From Bdellovibrionota bacterium FG-2 (lineage in GTDB: Bacteria; Bdellovibrionota; UBA1018): a stretch of 12,141 nucleotides of DNA. Below are positions 6,874 to 12,141 of this stretch, piece by piece. The stretch covers positions 1 to 12,141 of the forward strand of contig JBBCAV010000389.1 of assembly GCA_051382305.1 (NCBI GenBank), read 5' to 3'. How positions within the stretch are numbered: position 1 is the stretch's first letter; every line of letters begins with the position of its first letter. Under the pieces are notes generated by a model. That model did no database searches. It was not told the origin of the DNA and worked only from the letters and a program-made list of their open reading frames with translations. Both the position numbers and the translations under genes were made by a program.

Positions 6874-8730
6874 CTAAATCCGTTTAAATTCCGTCAACAC
6901 ACTCTCAGACGTAACCGAATCCTTGCCCGCAAAAGACACGGACGCACAAACACTATCAAGCAGCTTGATTGCTTTACCTGGAAAATACTGATTAGGCAGC
7001 GTGCCTGAAACCTCCACACATTTGGCAACCGCATCGCTGGAAATCCTCACCCGATGGTGCGCCTCGTAAACATTCTTGATCCCCATCAGAATATGAACCG
7101 TTTGGGTTGCATTGGGCTCCGAAATATCCACAACCTGAAACCGCCTGACCAACGCCCGATCTGGCTCGATATGCCGTTTATATTCGTCATAGGTTGTTGC
7201 ACCAATGCAAGGAAACTCCCCGCGCGCCAGATAGGGCTTCAAAATGTTTTCAGCGCCCGCCGAACCTTCCGTGCTTCCCATCCCAAGCAGGGTATGAATC
7301 TCATCAATAAAAACAATAATGCTGTCAGCGTTAGACATCACTTCTTCAAGCAATCCCTCGAGCCGCTTCTCAAACTCTCCTCGATATTTTGTCCCCGACA
7401 GCAGCGAATTCAAATTAAGAGCAAACAAGCGCTTGTTTCTAAACGCTTCGGGCACTTCGTTCTTCACGATTTTGGTGGCCAAACCTTCAACAATTGCCGT
7501 CTTACCTACTCCGGCCTTACCTACCAAAAGAGGGTTGTTCCCTTCAAGTCGTGACAAAATTTTCAGACACTCCTGAATCTCGCTATCGCGCCCCACGACG
7601 GGCTTAATCTTGTTTTCCAGAACTAATTTTGTAAGATCACGGCCATAGCGCTCAAGCAGAACCGTCCCTTTTAACCCTGAATCGCCTTTAATTGAGCCGA
7701 AAATAGGCGCTATCTCTGGGGGCAAATCTAAACTGGGAGCCAAAATCACAAGAAAACTCCCCGCGTGCTCAAGCGGCTCCGGCAGGGATTTGATCATCGA
7801 GATCATTTCGGCAAACTCCTGGCCCGAGAGATTCTCGCGGGTCAGGTAATAATGAAAATCTTCTAGCAAATAGAGGGTATTTTTTCGAAAGCCGCTTTGG
7901 CATCCGCTTCGAATCGCACCGAGCATATCCAAAGGAGAGAGTCGTTTTTGCGCGAGCATTCGGTCGTCATAAACGTACGCCGATCCTTTGGGAGACCCCA
8001 GACCTTCTGAATAGTTCCATTGCACGGGGGTAAGCCCCAAGGTGTCTGACACCTTTATGAATTCGCCAATCAGTTTCTTTGAATCGGTGTAAGAGGCGAT
8101 CATGAGATTCTTGGCGTTTTCGGCCGTGAAGGGTGCAAGCATCGGACTGGCAGAATTTATGGAGACCCTAGGCTCCGATTCAATTTCGGCTTTTTTTGCC
8201 TGGTGCGCTTCACTTTTTACCGTCGGAGCCAATGGGACAGCTTCAGGTCGGATCTCAGAACCATCCGCGTCTCTCGCCTCAAAACTCTCCCCAAAACTAG
8301 AAAGATCAAACCAGCCAAACTGGAAATCCTTAAGCCTATGTTGCTGCTCTTTCGAATTTAGAGCCAAGAAGGTTTTCTTAAAATAGACAAACACGTCAAA
8401 CTCATAAGCTTCGGGCAGCCGCCATTTCGCTAAATCATCAGACGCGCGGCCGTTATCCGCAACCCGGTTAAAAAGCGCGATTCGATATTTCTTTTCTAGA
8501 AAAATATCAGTGGGGTCAATGGGATTGTAAAAGGCGAGTTTGACCTCTTCAGCGATATCATTCTGAAGCAACCACTCCAGATCACGCCCCAAGGTTTCAG
8601 GCATTCCTTCACCCTCGTCGCCCTCAATGATGTCGTAGGCGCGATTCAAGGCCACAATGTCGGTCTTGAGTTGCCTCGAGAGCGCATCTTTTCTGGCTTG
8701 AACTGTTTTAAGGATTATTGGACACCCCAT
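6874..8730 (-). CDS. AAA+ ATPase with a single ClpA/ClpB-type NBD1, preceded by a Ycf46-like degenerate AAA domain and an unknown N-terminal domain
   Basis: 618 aa. Clp NBD1 motifs: LERYGRDLT...PVVGRDSEI, NNPLLVGKAGVGKT (Walker A), GTKYRGEFE (pore loop), IIVFIDEIH (Walker B), CIGATTYDEY, DRALVRRFQ (Arg finger) and FPGKAIKLLD. There is no NBD2 or Clp repeat N-domain. Residues ~208-345 (WNYSEGL, SPLDML, LYLLEDFHYYL, LVILAPSLDLPPEI) match the Ycf46 N-terminal pattern as I recall it. Confidence 0.85.
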   Translation of the reverse strand: MGCPIILKTVQARKDALSRQLKTDIVALNRAYDIIEGDEGEGMPETLGRDLEWLLQNDIAEEVKLAFYNPIDPTDIFLEKKYRIALFNRVADNGRASDDLAKWRLPEAYEFDVFVYFKKTFLALNSKEQQHRLKDFQFGWFDLSSFGESFEARDADGSEIRPEAVPLAPTVKSEAHQAKKAEIESEPRVSINSASPMLAPFTAENAKNLMIASYTDSKKLIGEFIKVSDTLGLTPVQWNYSEGLGSPKGSAYVYDDRMLAQKRLSPLDMLGAIRSGCQSGFRKNTLYLLEDFHYYLTRENLSGQEFAEMISMIKSLPEPLEHAGSFLVILAPSLDLPPEIAPIFGSIKGDSGLKGTVLLERYGRDLTKLVLENKIKPVVGRDSEIQECLKILSRLEGNNPLLVGKAGVGKTAIVEGLATKIVKNEVPEAFRNKRLFALNLNSLLSGTKYRGEFEKRLEGLLEEVMSNADSIIVFIDEIHTLLGMGSTEGSAGAENILKPYLARGEFPCIGATTYDEYKRHIEPDRALVRRFQVVDISEPNATQTVHILMGIKNVYEAHHRVRISSDAVAKCVEVSGTLPNQYFPGKAIKLLDSVCASVSFAGKDSVTSESVLTEFKRI

Positions 8731-8736
8731 TCTTTT

Positions 8737-9504
8737 TTAATCTCGCTCGTCTGAAAAACTCTTCACCCGCAGCTTTGTATCTTCAAGATACTCGCGCACG
8801 TCACTCAAGGCATCGTGATAGTCAAAAAGCCGCTTTTCAATCACCTTGTTCTTATCTGTACCCGAATGGCGCATCTCTTCTGATTTTTTGAAACGCTCGA
8901 CCATCTTCGTTTTCTTCTTCATGACCTTTGGAAGGTCGTTTTCAAGTTTCTCAAGGCCAGATCGAATTGTTGCACTCTTATGCTTGATGTCTTTTGCCAC
9001 CCCAAAAAGCTCGGCGTTTTGTTCCCAAAGCGCTTCTGCCCTCGATTGCAAAGAGCCTAAGTTCCCACTGAGTTCCCTGTACGACTCCTCAAGCTCCGGC
9101 AATTTGGTCTTGAAACTCTCAGTCTCGTTCAATTTCAGCCGTACCTGCTTATTGAGATAGAGGCTCTCGCCTTTCAAACGCTCGCGCTCGGAGCGTAAAA
9201 AACTCACGTTACGCTCTAGCTCAAGGGCATGATGTTTGAGATGCGCCAGCCGCTCGGCATCATCAAGAAACCGAATCGCTCCTAGGTTCAAGAGATCCGC
9301 AAAAATCAAATGAGCTTCACTGGAACTGAGCGTAAAAAACTGTTGAATTTCTTCTGCTGTTTTCAAGCCATCAATACAGCTCAAAAAATCAACCTTCACG
9401 GCATCCCCCGAGACGGCCTCCGGAGCAATCACGGTCGGATATTTTTCCTTGATCTGATCCCAGCTATCTAAAAGCTTCTTCTTTAGCTCTGAGGAATTAT
9501 CCAT
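8737..9504 (-). CDS. Hypothetical protein: N-terminal winged-helix-like domain plus long coiled coil (Mad26 position in a mad-like cluster)
   Basis: The likely start is ATG 9504 (MDNSS), with an AAGGA RBS 7 nt upstream and an overlap with the previous stop, giving 255 aa rather than 262. N-terminal FLSCIDGLKTAEEIQQFFTLSSSEAHLIFADLLNLGAIRF is wHTH-like; the remainder is heptad-rich. Confidence 0.65.
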   Translation of the reverse strand: MDNSSELKKKLLDSWDQIKEKYPTVIAPEAVSGDAVKVDFLSCIDGLKTAEEIQQFFTLSSSEAHLIFADLLNLGAIRFLDDAERLAHLKHHALELERNVSFLRSERERLKGESLYLNKQVRLKLNETESFKTKLPELEESYRELSGNLGSLQSRAEALWEQNAELFGVAKDIKHKSATIRSGLEKLENDLPKVMKKKTKMVERFKKSEEMRHSGTDKNKVIEKRLFDYHDALSDVREYLEDTKLRVKSFSDERD

Positions 9505-10039
9505 GGACCGATTCCTTCTGCTCAAACTTATCCATCAGAACGACAACCTCTTTATAGGCATCATCTCGCTCTTCTTCAGCTTTTTTCAAAGCCTTTGAGA
9601 ACTCCTCGTTTTGAGCAGCAAGTGCCCTGGTCTTTTCTTTTTCCTGATCTAACTGCGCCTTGTGTTCGTCAACCCTTTCAAGGGCCATCTCAAGCCGTCG
9701 GTCAACTTCCCCTAACATCGGATTTTGTTTTTCAAGCTCCTTGAGCTTGTATTGCAAATCCTGATTTTCACGCTTAAGGTTGAAAATCTCAGAATCCCGA
9801 GTCTTTGCCTCGATTCTCATCGCGACATTCACTTCCATCGTATCTTTAAGCTGCGCTTCAAGCACGCGAATGGCAGACAACATATCCTCGATATTGCCAT
9901 GCAGAACTTCGTTTGAAACTTTTGCGAGATCCTCGACCTTGATTTGAGCGAGGTCCCTCAAGCCGTCTTTAATTTTGGAAATACTAAACCGCGAAGGTTC
10001 TGCGGATGTGTCGCCTTTTTTTATTTCATCAGCCTTCAT
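9497..10039 (-). CDS. Coiled-coil protein, possibly Mad25-like
   Basis: 180 aa, almost entirely heptad E/K/L-rich after an N-terminal segment (LRDLAQIKVEDLAKVSNEVL). ATGA overlap with the upstream gene. The Mad25 call is from position and size only. Confidence 0.65.
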   Translation of the reverse strand: MKADEIKKGDTSAEPSRFSISKIKDGLRDLAQIKVEDLAKVSNEVLHGNIEDMLSAIRVLEAQLKDTMEVNVAMRIEAKTRDSEIFNLKRENQDLQYKLKELEKQNPMLGEVDRRLEMALERVDEHKAQLDQEKEKTRALAAQNEEFSKALKKAEEERDDAYKEVVVLMDKFEQKESVHG

Positions 10040-11037
10040 TTTGCAGCCCCGCCTTCCAATTGCGAATAGAATTGAATTTTGCCCTTTTTAATAACCGTCC
10101 GTAACTCCTCAGTCAGCGTCTCCAAAGACTTCTCAGACTCTGCTGTCTTATCTAGGAGCACCTTCTTATCCTTGCGAGTTCTGCCCAATAAGGTGTCCAA
10201 CTGGCCCAACAAATCCTCGTAAACTCCCGCTTCATCTTTGGCGAGCGCGTATCCTCGTTGAAGATCTTTGTAGCGCTTGGCCATACTCACCAAACTCTCA
10301 TAATCCCCATCGAGGTTCTGCAGTACACCCGCTCGCTCGCTGCTTAGAAACTGAATCTCCAACAAAAGTCGATTGCATTCAATTTGGGCCGTGGCTACTT
10401 TGTTCTGTAATACGCGAAACAATTCTTTTGCTTCGTCATATACTTGAACCACTTCAACGTATTGTCCTTGAAGGACCCGATTCTGCTCAAACAACGCCTG
10501 ATTCTCGAGTTTGATCTTCTCACTTTCGTGGGCCAAGAAATTAGCCCGATCCTGAAGCTCTTGCAGCCTAGCCGAGATGGGATTAGCGCCCGAAACCTGC
10601 TCGTCTTCTACCATTGCATGTTCGCTTGCGCTCGCCGCGTGCAACGCCTGAGATTTAGTTTCCACCACAGGTTCAATCGCCAATGGCTTTGGCCTGTCCA
10701 TGCTCTCTGCGAGATGAGAGAGGTGGCTTACGATCCGAGCAATCTCCAGCCGTAGCTGCTCTTTTTTATCAGAAACCCCTCCCGCACTCCTCAGGGTCGA
10801 TTGGACGTTGCGAATTCGAGCCTGAAGGCGAACATCCTTCTCTGCTTCTGCAAGGGGCAAAAGTTGAAGAACCACGCGTTCATAGTCCTCACGAACTTCA
10901 CTCAAGGATGCATTTGAATCGGCTTTCGCCACAACTTTTGCGAGCGCCTCAATACAAAGTTCGATGACTTCAGTCTTCTTTTTAAGCCTAAATGGGAGCT
11001 TGCTTGTGAGAGCGTGCATCCCTTTCATCTTCATCAT
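10036..11037 (-). CDS. Coiled-coil protein, possibly Mad24-like
   Basis: 333 aa: helical N-terminal region, Pro/Ala linker, and ~180 aa C-terminal coiled coil. ATGA overlap with the HEAT gene stop. The Mad24 call is from position only. Confidence 0.65.
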   Translation of the reverse strand: MMKMKGMHALTSKLPFRLKKKTEVIELCIEALAKVVAKADSNASLSEVREDYERVVLQLLPLAEAEKDVRLQARIRNVQSTLRSAGGVSDKKEQLRLEIARIVSHLSHLAESMDRPKPLAIEPVVETKSQALHAASASEHAMVEDEQVSGANPISARLQELQDRANFLAHESEKIKLENQALFEQNRVLQGQYVEVVQVYDEAKELFRVLQNKVATAQIECNRLLLEIQFLSSERAGVLQNLDGDYESLVSMAKRYKDLQRGYALAKDEAGVYEDLLGQLDTLLGRTRKDKKVLLDKTAESEKSLETLTEELRTVIKKGKIQFYSQLEGGAAK

Positions 11038-12141
11038 TCTGCACCCCCTGTGCCCGCACCCCCAGGCTCCACTGTCTTAATACGTTTGCGTGGAGCCGGC
11101 TTTGATGCAGCTTCTCGATGCTGCTGCTCAGAGGCAGCTAATTCCGGTGAAGGGGCCGCAAGGGCGCCCTCATGCATCTTGGAAATCCACCACGTCTTAA
11201 GCTCTTCGACATCCCCTTTAAAAGGAACGGAGCCCCCGGTGATTCTCTCAAGCGCAGAGATAATCGTTTTGCGCAATTCTTCATCACTTTCAGTTAAAAG
11301 CCTGATCAGCGGCAATACAGAAGCTTCATCACGCAGATTGGAAAGCGAAAGAATCGCGCTTTTCTTTACGCGCCTGTCCTGATCGGCAGCGGCTTGCAAC
11401 AAAGCAGGAACTGCAGTTGGAGCATCACACCAGCCCAAGAACATTGCACTTGAATTGCGAACTTCAACATTTTCGTCTTTCAATCCTTCGATCAAATAAG
11501 GAACTGAATCATTGCGCCCCGCCTTATACAAACCGCGAATACAGGCCGCGCGGATCGCTGCATAGTCGTGCTTCACAAAATCCTTGCTGATTGCAAACGT
11601 GTCCTTATCTTCTAAGCGCACTAATGAATTGATGAGTTCGGCTTGAAGCTGGGGATCACCGTACTGCAACGCTTCTTTGAGGGCTGCGCCCGCATATTTA
11701 TTTCCCAGTTTCCCTAATTCACTGGCGGCAAGCCTCTTGATTTCGGTCTCGTCATCTAAAAGATCATAGAGCGCTTTACGAAAAATAATGGCGTCGGACT
11801 GCAAATGGAATTTCGCTTTTCTTAGGGCATCCTCAATCGCATGCTTGATTCGCTTATGAGTCTTATCGCCGGCTGCACCCATTCCCGTGGTGTCTTCGAA
11901 TGACACTGACTCGCCCGAAACATTCTTTTTCTCAGCGTCGTTTAACTTTGCTTCGTACTTTTTCAGCGCGTTGAGCTGATTTTCATAGGCCTGAATCTTC
12001 TCGACGATTTCGCGAATTTCGGGGACTTCAAAGAGCTGGTCTTTATTGTCCACGCCCGAGCCAATTTTCCCGACTTGGAGATAGCCTTCGCGAATCTGGT
12101 TTTCGAGGGTTGCAATCCGGGCTTTGATTTCTGTATAGTTA
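11034..12141 (-). CDS. mad23: Coiled-coil + HEAT (PBS-lyase HEAT-like) repeat protein, probable Mad23-type; 5'-truncated by the window edge
   Basis: The frame stays open 29 codons upstream of the GTG at 12053 (NYTEIKARIATLENQIREGYLQVGKIGSG-VDNK), so the true start lies outside the window. About six HEAT units: LLDDETEIKRLAASELGKL, ALQYGDPQLQAELINSL, VKHDYAAIRAACIRGL, GLKDENVEVRNSSAMFLGW, AAADQDRRVKKSAILSL, LLTESDEELRKTIISALERI. The HEAT call is strong; the mad23 name is inferred from architecture and context. Confidence 0.62.
   Translation of the reverse strand, partial: NYTEIKARIATLENQIREGYLQVGKIGSGVDNKDQLFEVPEIREIVEKIQAYENQLNALKKYEAKLNDAEKKNVSGESVSFEDTTGMGAAGDKTHKRIKHAIEDALRKAKFHLQSDAIIFRKALYDLLDDETEIKRLAASELGKLGNKYAGAALKEALQYGDPQLQAELINSLVRLEDKDTFAISKDFVKHDYAAIRAACIRGLYKAGRNDSVPYLIEGLKDENVEVRNSSAMFLGWCDAPTAVPALLQAAADQDRRVKKSAILSLSNLRDEASVLPLIRLLTESDEELRKTIISALERITGGSVPFKGDVEELKTWWISKMHEGALAAPSPELAASEQQHREAASKPAPRKRIKTVEPGGAGTGGAE

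Noticed and set aside
6874-8730. Calling the ATPase clpB/clpA/clpC or T6SS clpV
   Set aside because: It has only NBD1, with no Clp N-domain, middle domain or NBD2, and no T6SS genes are in the window.
2450-11382. Many plus-strand ORFs, including the Ser/Phe-rich 4884..5318 and 7054..7554
   Set aside because: They are antisense to well-supported genes. The Ser/Phe/Leu bias simply mirrors the Glu/Lys codons of the coiled-coil genes.
8737-12141. Gas vesicle cluster (these can also include HEAT, AAA and coiled-coil genes)
   Set aside because: No GvpA/J, GvpN, GvpF/L or GvpK-like sequences are recognisable in the window.
1-12141. CRISPR array, tRNA/rRNA, IS element or intrinsic terminators
   Set aside because: I found no regularly spaced repeats, RNA gene signatures, transposase ORF or convincing GC hairpin + U-tract. 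The intergenic gaps are all about 100 nt or shorter.

Overview
All credible genes in this window are on the minus strand. From the right edge leftwards there is one tightly packed operon of about 10 kb (12141 to 2053). It encodes, in order: a 5'-truncated coiled-coil + HEAT-repeat protein, three coiled-coil proteins (333, 180 and ~255 aa), an unusual single-module Clp/Hsp100-type AAA+ ATPase with a Ycf46-like degenerate domain, a double-receiver long coiled-coil protein, an actin-like ATPase (399 aa), a small putative ribbon-helix-helix protein, and a second actin-like (ParM/StbA-type) gene split by a 1-nt frameshift. The order HEAT, coiled-coils, actin resembles the mad23-mad24-mad25-mad26...mad28 magnetosome-chain module of deep-branching magnetotactic bacteria. 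That assignment rests on gene order, size and domain content, not on a database search, and no mam core gene is in the window. Downstream lie a Phd/YefM-RelE/ParE toxin-antitoxin pair and a 3'-truncated HAMP sensor histidine kinase that the ORF track missed. I saw no RNA genes, CRISPR arrays or transposases.
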